Positions 1-11,608 of a DNA stretch of 64,000 bases are shown piece by piece (the stretch's first letter is position 1; the number at the start of each line of letters is the position of its first letter). Below the pieces are notes generated by a model that saw only the letters and a program-made list of their open reading frames with translations, made no database searches and was not told where the DNA came from. Source of the stretch: Haliotis rufescens (lineage: Eukaryota); NCBI RefSeq assembly GCF_023055435.1, contig NW_025964335.1, positions 1,736,001 through 1,800,000 on the forward strand, written 5' to 3'. The position numbers and the translations under genes were made by a program.

Positions 1-65
1 GGGGATCGAAACCCGGACCTTCCGCTCTCCGGGCGGACGCTCTACCACTAGACCACGGATGCGGT

Positions 66-660
66 CTTAAGTTTCAGGTATATCGATGATCTGATATCGT
101 TCAATAACAATCTAATAGCCAACTCCCTACCACTGATTTACACACCTGAACTAGATATGAAGAAGAACAGTGAGACCGCCTCATCAATTTCATATTTGGA
201 TGTGCGCATAACGATTCAGAGTGACAAAACGCTCTCCACAAGACTGTATGACAAGAGTTATGACTTCAACTTTCCAATAGTCAACTTTTCCTTCATGTCG
301 AGCAATATTCCAGCAAATCAAGCCTTTGGTGTTTACATTTCACAAGTTTTGAGATACAATCGATCATGCACCTTCAACCAAGTTTTCAAAGATCGTCAAA
401 GGAATCTTTCAAAATATTTTATGGTAGACCTGTGGAGCACATTTTCAAATTTGACGCACGAGTGACAAAAAAATGTCCATTGCAATTCCCTTTTTTGACT
501 TGTACCACATGTGTCCCTGTTATTTCACGTCAACAAGTGCCTTGCCTTTGCATGTTTTTGTGATGTGTGCCACCGGTGGGGCAGGATACGCTCACCTTTT
601 CGCGAACACCTGGTATCATTACTATTTGTGAAAGATTCATAAACACATGCTCATGATATA
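66..660 (+). mobile_element. Penelope-like element (Naiad-type) RT C-terminus and 3' region
   Basis: FRYIDDLI at ~74-97, then YLDV..LYDK.YDFNFPIVNF..SSNIP..AFGVYISQ..RY..SC; no C-terminal GIY-YIG; related 3' copy at 6790-7110 (-). Confidence 0.75.
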
Positions 661-939
661 GTCACTGCTTTACGCAGATATATCTATTGGATATGGAAAG
701 GGTTTTGTCGCTTATATATATATATATATAATTGATTGTTGTTTGTTTGTTGGTTCTTCTACGTACAGATTTCCAGATTAGCTTAATATTTCAATTGACA
801 TGATTATGAAAATGGTTTTGTATCTTTTACTCACTAACAATCATTTATAGTATATAACTGTTAACTTTTGAAAGATGACTTGATGATAATATTAGTTTAG
901 CTTAACAGTTTTAATTACCTTAAATGTGTTTCTCCACAG

Positions 940-1225
940 GGTATGGTTGACAGTTGTTTGGGGCCTGCACTGCGAGATCTTCAATGTATCTTTAATGTGA
1001 CACTAGTGAAGGTCAGCCTAATCCTTCCTGTCATTACAGCATGTAGAGTCATAGGGTCCCTACTGTTCTTGAAAATACGAGATCGTTTCAATATCTTTGG
1101 ATTAGCAGCAACTACTATGACAATGTCAACTTGGTTCCTGGCTGTCGTTCCTGTCGTGCCCTCATTTTGGATGGCTCTTGGGTTATCGGGTGCAGCTGGA
1201 TTGACGTATGGAATAGCAATGCATG
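940..1225 (+). CDS. MFSD4/NaGLT1-like MFS transporter copy A, exon 2 (exon 1 not seen, presumably upstream of the window)
   Basis: Acceptor tctccacag|GGT ATG and donor CAT G|gtaag; 286 nt like exon 2 of E and F; GMVDSCLGPALRDL resembles the MFSD4-family LGPTLLDL motif; hydrophobic helices. Confidence 0.85.
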
Positions 1226-1314
1226 GTAAGATGCATGTGCATTATGCCCACTTAGGAATATCACTATTGTATTGCAGACTAAACTGATTTCAAGAAAACA
1301 ATAAGTTGTTGTGG

Positions 1315-1469
1315 GTGAGTGAGTGAGTATAGTTTTACGCCGCTTTTAGCAATATTCCAGCAATCACTGAGGGGGACACCAGCTTCACACATTGTACCCA
1401 TGTCGGGAATCGAATTCGGTCATCGGCGTGACGAGCGAACGTTTTAACCACTAGGCTACCCGACCGCCC
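1315..1469 (-). mobile_element. tRNA-derived SINE family 1 with (ACTC)n tail
   Basis: Reverse complement of the 3263-3430 copy; A/B-box head. Confidence 0.85.
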
Positions 1470-1719
1470 AACAGTGAAACTATGTGTTCATGTGAATACT
1501 GAATAAATTCAATACCATTGAACATGATGGCATTCCCATGCCTATTTAAAACATTGAAGCGAGGTTATTGTCATGTCTGTTGTTGGACTATCTAACATAA
1601 GTTATGAATATTTTGTGTTATATCATCAACACTCTTCAATAAGTTTTAATAACTAAGACAAAATTGTTATGGATGAGCAACTTCTTTATTACAATTGGGC
1701 AACGTTTCGGTGTAGATTC

Positions 1720-2433
1720 TAACACCGTTATCAAGCAAGATATGAAGACAGGACAACTAAATAAACAATATACCACAGGCATCTTCTTAGACTTCTCTAA
1801 AGCTTTCGACATGGTATGGCACGATGGGCTAATACAAAAACTTAAAAAAAATAGGACTCAAAGGTCAGATAATAAACTACATCCAGGACTTCCTAAACAA
1901 TCGTAAAATAACCGTGGGTATAGACCAAACTCTATCGAACCAATGTCCCCTAGAAAATGGTACTCCACAGGGCAGTATCCTCAGCCCCACCCTCTTCAAT
2001 ATAATGATAAACGATCTATTCGAGGGCCTATCCCCTAAAGTACACACATCAAAATTCGCGGATGATAGAGCCATCTGGATCCGCACTAAAAGCATGAGCA
2101 TGGTCCAAAATTTACTCCAAAAATCTCTTAATAAAATACAACAATGGGCTGACAAATGGGGCTTCTCGCCATATACAACACCCTTAACAACTCTCTATCT
2201 AAAAAACTTGACTCAATACAATATCAGGCTCTCAAACTAATTACACGCACCCAACATGGCACCTCTTACACTTCACTTCAGGCCTTAACAGGAGAAATGC
2301 CACTAAGTCTACGCAGGGAACAGCTAAGCTTAAATTTCTGGGCCGCGTCCCATTCAAACCCTCTCATCCAAAACTTAATTAACCAAAACATCAGCCCCAA
2401 AAACCAAGCTCTAGCTCGTAAACACCCCTTACC
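1720..2433 (+). mobile_element. I/Nimb-clade LINE reverse transcriptase fragment, frameshifted
   Basis: GIFLDFSKAFDMVWH, GTPQGSILSPTLFNIM, FADD, LDSIQYQALKLIT motifs. Confidence 0.85.
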
Positions 2434-3192
2434 CTTAGTAATCCTTGTGTTAATCCCATACCAATCAATTACTGTACATCAAACCCATCTCTTGTATAAA
2501 CTTGTCTTATCATAACTACCTAATCAATCAGTGTACATAAACCTTATCTAAACATCTATCTATTGTTATGTATGTATATCATGCTCACACTAGTTTGTAC
2601 ATGTACTTGATAAGACAGGTTTATACAAGAGATGGGGTAGATGTACAGTAATTGATGGGTATGGGATTAACACAAGGATTATTAAGAAGGAATGTATAGG
2701 AAGCCAGTGGGGAGATAATAGTTCAGTGTTGTTTTGGCAAACTGATGAGATCATGGTAAGCTGGAGGGATGTAGTATCCTTGATCTCTGTTTATGGCTGG
2801 CTGAAGTCTTTTGATGCAAATGGCTTCTCTAAATTTTCTGAGCTTGAAGTCTTTCTGGTTTGTTGTTAAGATGTTGACGTTGTCCCACTTAATATTGTGA
2901 CTGGGGTAGATTTGGGTGTGGTCAGAGATAGCAGATTTAGAGTCTTTTTTTTTTAGGACAGATGCATGATGTTCTTTTAAGCGTTGGTTGAGAGGTCTTG
3001 AAGTTTCACCAACATATGAGTCGCCGCATTCACACACTATGTGGTACACACACAACGCAGACTACTTAAACATGAAGCCAATATAGATGTTGTGTTCCAG
3101 AGAGGCCAGACAATTCAGAACCTCCTCAATGCCACAGGTAAACCACCAAGCACACGCAAACAAAATCCAGCTGCTGTTGTGTACCACAGTGT
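2434..3192 (-). mobile_element. Penelope-like element GIY-YIG endonuclease end, with inverted segments at both sides
   Basis: CVYHIVCECGDSYVGETSRPLNQRLKEH...EAICIK...INRD (2723-3055); linker inverted at 3061-3192; inverted 3' repeat at 2434-2512. Confidence 0.85.
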
Positions 3193-3262
3193 TAAACTGT
3201 GGCATGGTATCTCAGTGTGCTAGCACTTTGTGGGGAGTCGAACGCGGGTCTTTGGGGTGATG

Positions 3263-3430
3263 GGGGCGGTCGAGTAGCCTAATGGTTAAAGCGTTCGCTA
3301 GTCACGCCGAAGACCCGGGTTCGATTCCCGACATGAGTACAATGTGTGAAGCCCATTCCTGGTATCCCCCCGCCGTGATATTGCTGGAATATTGCTAAAA
3401 GCGGCGTAAAACCATATTCACTCACTCACT
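3263..3430 (+). mobile_element. tRNA-derived SINE family 1 (other copies 40082-40233 +, 55362-55513 -; degenerate at ~26240, 26855, 40510, 41160, 54300, 55000)
   Basis: gggcggtcgagtagcctaatggttaaagcg..gggttcgattccc A/B boxes; body tacaatgtgtgaagccc; tail aatattgctaaaagcggcgtaaaa-(actc)n; imperfect target duplication ctttggggtgatg/ctttaaggtgatg. Confidence 0.88.
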
Positions 3431-3572
3431 TTAAGGTGATGTGCGAAGGTCACTTAATGAGTTGTCTCAACCGCATATATTTAACTTAAAGGCGAAAATA
3501 GCCCATACATTATTGCGATGATAATAAAGTGAACAGGAACATTAATAACTTCATACGTTCTTTGTTTTACAG

Positions 3573-4558
3573 CAAAGACTGTCCTCTCCGGGGAGTTGAT
3601 TAAACAACACGCTGCGTCCATTCACATAATCAACCTAGCTTCGTCAGCAGGAGCCGTTATAGGACCACTAATAATGTCCCCATTTCTGTCGGACAATCCT
3701 GCACATAATAACCACACTGAGCCAGCCTTTCATGATGACAATATGACATTTATTTCACAGAACAGTACTGCACAAGGAAGAGACTACATTTGTCACAATT
3801 TCAGTTCTGATGTTATGTATGGGTTTTTCGTTATTGCTGGTCTAGGAATGGTTGTGTTACCATGCTATTTGTTGACACAACTGGTAATACAAGAAACAAT
3901 TACCGAGAACGTGAATCAACTGGAGGAGAAGCATGTGACCACCGTCAGCATTAACGACGGCGTGTTCTTAATCCTCATCATGATATATTCCACAATTTGT
4001 GCGACTATGATTTTCGTATATGGTCAATTCTTACCAACATTTGGAATTCACTGCAAGTTACATGCAAGCACGAGACAGATGACCACTATGTCATTTTCAT
4101 TTTACATGTGTATTATGTTCGGGCGTTTGTTTGGTACACTTGGTAGCTTTGTTATTAAACAATTTGTTCTGATTAATGTATGCACAGCTGGTGCCCTAAT
4201 GACATCTGTCATGCTTATATACGTATCGGAAATAGATTTCATTTGGATGTGGATAGGGACAAGTATTTTAGCAGTGGCGTGTGCCCCTATTTCCCCGGCA
4301 GTAAGCACTTGGGCTCTTGATGTCAATAGGCATAGAACCATATTGTATGGCATATTTTCCGTAGCGGATACGTTAGGATATTCAGTGTTGTCTCTTCTGA
4401 CTGGACAACTGATGGCGAACGTCTTTGTACAAATCTTAAACTATGTTATGGTTTCTATATTATTGATACAAATGGTTACTATAATGTTCTTATATCTGAC
4501 TACTATTGTAAGTAAACGTGCAAACTCAGAGAATCAAGGCTATTTGTATATTGAGTGA
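3573..4558 (+). CDS. MFS transporter copy A, terminal exon 3
   Basis: Acceptor ttttacag|CA is phase 1, matching the exon 2 donor; open to TGA; many TM segments, N-glycosylation-rich loop (NHT, NMT, NST, NFS), FVYGQFLPTFG motif, ends QGYLYIE. Confidence 0.85.
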
Positions 4559-5370
4559 GCGAGTGAGTAGGTTAAGTTTGATAAGACGTCAAAGAGTATT
4601 TGACATCGCTTGTTTGATAAGGTCTTATGTACACCGAAATGTCACATTCATCGCAATAAAAAAGTTGTATATCCTTTGAACTCTCTCTTTTTTTAGTATT
4701 CAAAAGTATTGATATAATAAGAGACAACATGTTTTGTTTGTTTAACGTCGCACTCATCAATATTCCAGCTATATGAGGGCAATTAGGATCGATGACATGC
4801 ATCAACCAAGTCAGCGAGCCTGAACATCCGATCCCGTTAGCCGCCCCTTTTATGACAAGCATAGTCGCCTTTTATGGCAAGCATGGGTTGCTGAAGACCT
4901 ATTCTACCCCGGATCATCACGGGCCGCACATACAGTGAAGGGTTCTCTGTTTAATAGCGCTGTTGAACTTAACTTGTTATAAATCATGAAAAAGTAGAAT
5001 TTTAAATTGGAATTTTAATTTGCATTTACAATGCAAGACAATGTATCTGAATAGATCTTATGTTTTACTTTAACGTTTTGACAATCACCTTATTTGGATG
5101 ACAATGGAAATTGTTCAAACCAAGGTGAGTCTTTGAAAATATATATTTAATATTTAAGTTTAAGACGGCGGTCTGTAAATAATCGAGTCTGGACCAGACA
5201 ATCCAGTGATTGACATCGTGAACATCGATCCACACAATTGGGATACGATGACATGCATCCACCAAGTCAGGGAGCCTGACCACCCGATCCCGTCAGTCGC
5301 CTTTTACGACAAGTATTAAATATCTATGTGAAACTACTGGTATTAATTGTTACCCCATGTTTATCAACAG

Positions 5371-5758
5371 GGAATGTTTGACAGTGGTTTTGGACCTGCA
5401 CTTCGAGATCTACAATGTATCTTTAAAGTCACATTACAGCAAGTCAGTCTATTCTCTCCAGTCATTGCAGCAAGTAGGGTGATATTGTCTCTGCTTTTCT
5501 TGAGAATCCGTGATCACTTCAACCTCTTTGCCATAACACGATATGGCTGAAATATTGCCGATGTGACTTAAAATCTTAACTCACTCACTCACTCACTCAC
5601 TCACTCACTCACTCACTCACTCACTCACTATGCCATAACAAGAACGACGTACGTACGGCCACAGCATATCTTAGCCTTTGTGCCCGGTGTTCCCTCTTTG
5701 TAAATGGCCCTGGTGCCATCTGGATGGGTTGGATTTGCCATTGGAATTGCAGCGCATG
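5371..5758 (+). pseudogene. MFS transporter copy B, orphan disrupted exon 2
   Basis: caacag|GGA ATG TTT GAC..GPALRDLQCIF; interrupted by a retroposon tail at 5539-5630; TAA at ~5701; ends GCGCATG|gtatgt; no matching exon 3 seen. Confidence 0.8.
5539..5630 (+). mobile_element. 5'-truncated retroposon 3' tail with (ACTC)n and 10-bp target-site duplication
   Basis: tgccataaca at 5529-5538 and 5631-5640. Confidence 0.88.
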
Positions 5759-6789
5759 GTATGTCATCGTCCAAGCGATGTCCTGTCTGGCGTCATCATC
5801 AAAGGGGTAAAAAATAATGAATAATGGTCGGCTTGGAGTAGGTATACTGTTTCTAAGTGAGGTACCCATGTTAAACTGCGGGGTGGTATCTCAGTAAACT
5901 GACTCTGAGCCTGTCTGTGTTTGCTTGCAGTAGTCTGGACTAATGCCGGTTTTATAGGGCTAACCCTATGAGATACATATATCATGCCACAGTTTAACTT
6001 GAGACATACCCCATTGAGTCATAGAATACCACCCCCAAGTTGACAGGTCCTTCTTTTATCCCCTTAATGCCAAGCTCCAGGCCGGGTAACAAGTGTCATA
6101 CTTTACAATCTTTTCATATGAGTCGGTCAGGATATCGAACCACCGACTTTCTGATCCTACCAGTCCTTGTTTACCCCCTTAGTGCCGAACGCCAGGCAGG
6201 GTAACAACAAGTACCATTTCCTTTACGTCTTATGGTATGACGTGGTCGGGGATCGAACCCGGACCTTCCGGTCTTCAGGCAGACGCTCTATCAACATACT
6301 TTTAAAGCAAAATCCTAGCCCACACTATATAACAACGACTGTGTTCATTAGCTGCCTAACTATAAAATGTGTGAAAACGTCAAAAAGCGGCATGGCATTT
6401 TTCCGGACCACTTCAAGCAGTCAAACCGACACACACACACAGGGTCATAGCAACGTGACGTCATATACACGTTTTGTCGCAAATAATGTTGTGACGTACC
6501 AACAGTGGAAGAGAAAGCAGATGTTGAAACTCACCCTTTTCTATATTTGCTCAGAAAACAGACTAAAATGTAGAATACCCTACTTGCAACTCGTATTCCT
6601 AACATGGCTCCGAACTTATTATTTCACTCGGGACAGATTACGTGGAAGCAATATTGGTGTAAATATATGTTCAAATCCATTTCCAAATCCGTAAATGAAG
6701 CGACGAAACCTTTTCCATATCCAATATAAAACAGAGTCGATAGTACGATTGCGACCATGTCATAAGCATGTGTTTATGAATAACCATCA

Positions 6790-7110
6790 AATAGTGATGG
6801 TACCAGGTGTTCGCGAAAAGGTGAGCGTATCCTGCCCCTACGGTTGCACCGTCACAAACACATGCAAAGGCAAGTCAACTGTTCATCTGACAAAACACGG
6901 GAACATATGGTTTAAGTCAAAATAGGGATTTGGATCGGACATCATTTTTGTCACTGATGCATCAAATTTGGAAATGTCCTCCTCACGTTTACTGTAAAAC
7001 CTTTTGAAATCTTTTCTGAGGCCTTAGATGTTGTAACCTTGATCAAACAACTTCTGAGCAAGTGTCGTTTGACGCTCATTGAAATCTTGGCAGAAAGAGC
7101 ATGCTTTTTA
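6790..7110 (-). mobile_element. Second fragment of the same Penelope-like family (3' part)
   Basis: Reverse complement of ggggcaggatacgctcaccttttcgcgaacacctgg (577-613) plus adjacent RT tail. Confidence 0.7.
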
Positions 7111-7181
7111 AAGCTTTACTGAGGCCTTGATTGTTGCAACCTTGATCAAACATCCAGTACGTTGTGTTGTGACCTGACAAT

Positions 7182-7459
7182 AAGTGAGTGAGTGAGTGAG
7201 TTGGGTTTAACGTAGCTCTTAACAGTATTCAAGTTACAGCACGGCGTGTCAGCTTAATGTGTGAGGACAGCCCGAAGTGATGCTGGTCTCAGACGCTTAC
7301 CGCTTCGATGAAACCCACGAGCATGGTGCTGACCAACCTAGAAACATAATCAGGGCGAACCGGGAACAATCCACAATCATAGGTTTCTGGCGTGCCCAAG
7401 GGACGCAACTCTGCACAGCGAATTGCGGCGCCTTAGACGACTTGACTAGCCGTGCGCCC
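7182..7459 (-). mobile_element. tRNA-headed SINE family 3 (V-SINE-like); relatives 9169-9370, 21790-22060, 35940-36200, 60415-60690
   Basis: 11-bp target-site duplication gacctgacaat (7171-7181 / 7460-7470); (ACTC)n tail; tRNA-like head. Confidence 0.75.
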
Positions 7460-9649
7460 GACCTGACAATTAACCCTGTATGACTCTGTATGAGACAGCG
7501 GGTGTTTACGATGGATATTTATAGAATTACCCACGAGGTACGAGTGAATACGGAAAATATGTCACGAGTGAAATTAATGTTTTAAGTTCCGAGATTTAGC
7601 GATGATCTTGGCGCCCTAGAAACAGATTCTGGCATCACAATCTGAATCTTGGAACTTCAATCTGGCCATATGCAGTTTTGACAACAAAGACATTAAATGT
7701 GTTCAGAGGTTTAATTATACGAATAACTTTTCATGTCAGTCAGATCTCCGTCCGCTTTAACGAGGTCATCTGCTTTGACAGGTCTCAAATGGCCAGCCAT
7801 GTTTGTTTACAACGGGGACGCAGTTTTGAAATAAATGAAAACATTATAATGTGAAACCATGTTGATAATATGGAACTGTGTGTCTTGTCTTAAAAATCTC
7901 GAATCAGTGAGATTGTAGCACGTAAAACATCTGAAGGGAAAGGCGTGGAATTGTGTATGAATGGGATGAGAATAAAATAGTTTCGTTGTCCAATGAAAAT
8001 TGATCTTTGTTCCACTGACCAATCAGCTTCGAGAATCACTAATTGCACACTGTGCAAATATCAAAATGTTATTACACTGCATATTTGAGCCCAATTGGGT
8101 AATAAGTTTTGTTTGTTTGTTGTTTAACGACGCACTCAGCAATATTCCAGCTACATGACGGCGGTCTGTAAGTAATCGAGTCTGGACCAGACAATCCAGT
8201 GATTAATATCATGAGCATCGATCCACGCAAATGGGATCGATGACATGCATCAACCAAGTCAGCGAGCCTGACCACCCGATCCCGTTATTATGGCAAGCAT
8301 GGGTTGCTGAAGACCTGTTCTACCCCGGATCTTCAGGGGGTCCAAGAATTACGTAACAAAAGAGTAAACAAAAAACACAGAAAACAGTTACAGAGCTTGT
8401 CGTGTGGACATGTATATTCATTCATCCAGTATATTTGAACCACCAGCATGACATGGATATCTTCATTGCAATTCCACACCGTTAAGACCAACGTGGGAGA
8501 AGTTATTTAATTGAATTTTGATAATCATTTAGGCTTTTATAAACAGAGAAATTTATTCCTAATACACTTTGGTAGACTCATGTTCTGTTTATGCACAGCT
8601 GGTGACTTTATGGGAACGACATGTAGCAACATGCATCGCAGTATCAATCGAATATGTGTGGAATGCGACGTTAAACAATACACGATGAGCAAACAGCTCC
8701 GATCGGGAGTGTTTCCATATAATTAGTAGCCTGCAACCTCGGGGTATCGCGGTACTTGTCATGTACGCTAATCGGAACAAATGCACTCACTCACCTTTAT
8801 GATTATTCGTGTTCTCTATATCAGATATCATTTACTTTATCAAACAATCCATATTTTACTGATAAAAGTTCAATACATTATTTACATCAGTAGCTCCGAG
8901 AAAAAGCAGGGCCTCGCGCTCTGTTTGACAAGAGAGAGAACTCCATCGTATCGCGGTACAGAGAAAAGTTGTGTGTGGAGGTCCGAATTGGACAAAAAGA
9001 GGACATAATTCTACCAACCACTTGGTAAGATCATGCCAGACATCAGTGATTTGTCCAGACAAGTGCAAAGACAGCACTTCCTGGTTACTGATTTGTATTA
9101 ATAGACAGACGCAACCCGGTAACATGGGTCCGAGTATACTTGGAGCTCTACTGATGTTAACTCAACTTGAGTGAGTGAGTGGGGTTTAACGCCGCTTTTA
9201 ACAGTATTCCAGTTATATCACGGTGTGTCAATTTAATGTGGAAGGAAAGCCCGAAGTGATGCAGGTCTCAGACGTTTACCACTTCGGTGAAACCCACGAG
9301 CACGGGTATGGTGCTGACAAACCTAGAAACATAATCGGGGCGAACCGGTATTCGAACCCACACAACTTGAAACGCCCAATGAACTGTTTACACTAAAATT
9401 CTGTCAACTGACAATTGAAAGGTTGGGATTGATGGTCATGATAACTCGATTATGGGTTTATTCTCAATAGTATTTCAGTTATTTAGGAGAAACAAAAAGT
9501 GGAGAAACACTTTATGGAAATACATTTTGGATCATTATGAAATAAATGACGCAATTAAAAAAAGAAACCCTTCATCTTTCATCATCGTTCATCACAAAAT
9601 ATATTTTTTCACTTGTTGCAGAGGAATGCTTCCATTGTCTCATGGACAG

Positions 9650-9905
9650 AGCACCTGGTCGGAGATCAGAAAGTCGGTGCTTCGATATCCTGACCGACTC
9701 ATATCAAAAGATTGACACTTGTTACCCGGCCTGGAGCTTGGCATTAAGGGGATAAAAGAAGGACCTGTCGACTTAGGGTGGTATTCTATGACTCAATGGG
9801 GTATGTCTCATGTTAAACTGTGGCATGATATATGTATTTCATAGGGTTAGCCCTATAAAACCGGCATTAGTCCGGACTACTGCAAGCAAACACAGACACA
9901 CACAT
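9650..9905 (+). mobile_element. SINE family 4 (Meta-domain-like); inverted near-identical copy at 5905-6155; relatives 6165-6292 (-), 1-65 (- head), 44450-44610 (+)
   Basis: Shared cttgttacc..gcctgg..cttggcattaaggg core downstream of tRNA-like heads. Confidence 0.65.
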
Positions 9906-10867
9906 GTCCGTCGCTATATTAGTGCAATATTAACTATTAATCTTGAACGCGTCATCACACACCATTTCACCTCACATCGCAACTCGTTGTTGAGAACAAT
10001 TATCAAGGTGAGTTGCAACCCTCAAACGATACCAAGGCAAGGTGACATATGTATGCACCCTAATACTCGACCCCATACCATAGAGCAGCTTATGTCAATC
10101 ATTGTGGTAGTATTTGCAGTTTTGTGTACAGTAGCAGCATAAGTGATGATTTTAGTACTGATAAATATTGTCATTGTCATCATATACATTATATAATATT
10201 TATAATAATAATATATTTATATTAACAAATATCCATTGCTTGCAAGATGGCGGACGGGTGAAAAGCGGGTGTTACAGGTCTCTCAATGCGGTTTGTGTGA
10301 GCTGAGTTTATACCTACATTAGGAGTTCAAACTAACTGACTGCAGAAATGGGAATATCTGTAGAGCAATTTCGTGCAAGAGTTGTATTGTTTGCACCTGT
10401 ATATATACAGATTCTGACGAAAATCAGTCGACGTGCTGCTGCGTCTCGCCCTCCGAGCATTCGTCACAACTCGCCCATTTCCGTAACCTGCAAGTAGACT
10501 CGTCCCCCTATCGATGAATGTTATGTGCGAAAATACGACAAACCAATCAGAATGCGCGTATGATTTGAAGTTCTTCGTCAAAGAATCCCTCAGAAATAAT
10601 TTGTCATTTTATATATGTCTTGCATCTTAAAATATACTCAAGACACAGTTATATTTGTTCAATCATACTGTATAATTCCGCATTTCCCGCTGTGCTGTAG
10701 CTTGCATCTGAAATATATATAATATATGGGGAAATATATGTGAACCATCACGCAAAGAGTTGACAATTGTTTTAGGTATGCCCGTTTGCGCTAAGACGGA
10801 ACCCGGTCGAAAAATGGCCATGAGAGGGGCACGAGTCGCTATTCGGCTTGTCCCGGAATAACACGAG

Positions 10868-11608
10868 TTGGTCACGAATGGCCCTCCGAGAAGGTTAGTA
10901 ATGGTGGGCCTCGCTACCCGTTTGACTGTACTGAATCTGATGCTCTTGCTGCTACTACGTGCCAGGGTAGAACAGAATCCAGGACCGGGGCCACGTACAG
11001 GGATCAGAGATGACCAGGGACCCATTACCCATGGTAATACTCACCAGTTACGTTTGAGAACAGAGGGTGAGTCTGGAAATCTTGATTCGGTCATGGACGC
11101 TTTGAGCAAGCTCACAGACAAGGTTGACGAAGTCATGAAATCGAACATTGAGTCCGGGTGTAAACTTGATAAGACTGACTCAACTCTTGTATCTGTTACT
11201 ACTCATCTCACAGAGGTGAAATTAAAATGTGAGAAATTGGAATAGGAAAATGAGAGACAAAGAAAATATGTGTATAATCTTGAAGATAAGGTTGATTACC
11301 TCGAGAATCAGAGCAGACGATGCAATATTATCTTCCACAGCGTAGCCATGGCGGCGGATGGCGAAACGTGGGATGGCTGTGAATGTAGTGCGGGAGATCA
11401 TTAAGGATAAAATGCAACTGGATGAATCGCATATTGTTATACACAGAGCCCACAGAATCATCAATGGAAAAGCGATCATAGCAAAGATACCGGACGACGA
11501 TACAGGAAACGGATTTACGAAGCGGCAAACAAACTTAAGAGTTTCAATATGTGGATTACGGATGATTTTTCAAGATTGGTCAGGGAAAAGCGGAAAAACC
11601 TTAAACCT
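10868..11608 (+). mobile_element. Degenerate LINE ORF1 (coiled coil plus RRM) with N-terminal 2A-like peptide
   Basis: LLLLLRARVEQNPGP, coiled coil, LENQSRRCNIIF, IHRAHRI..IIAK; internal stop and frameshifts. Confidence 0.75.

Noticed and set aside
555-620. SECIS or hammerhead ribozyme in the Naiad-like 3' region
   Set aside because: A hairpin is possible, but I could not place AUGA/AA/GA or CUGANGA/GAAA cores convincingly
3263-3340. Functional tRNA genes at SINE heads
   Set aside because: They continue into shared SINE bodies and microsatellite tails, with target duplications and no clean acceptor stem
4102-4353. Conserved antisense ORFs (also 29588-29848, 48143-48403, 35484-35699)
   Set aside because: Shadows of the conserved transporter exon on the opposite strand
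8072-8275. Recurring small ORFs MVRLADLVDAC...GPDSIIYRPP
   Set aside because: Chance translation of SINE family 2; frames and stops vary between copies
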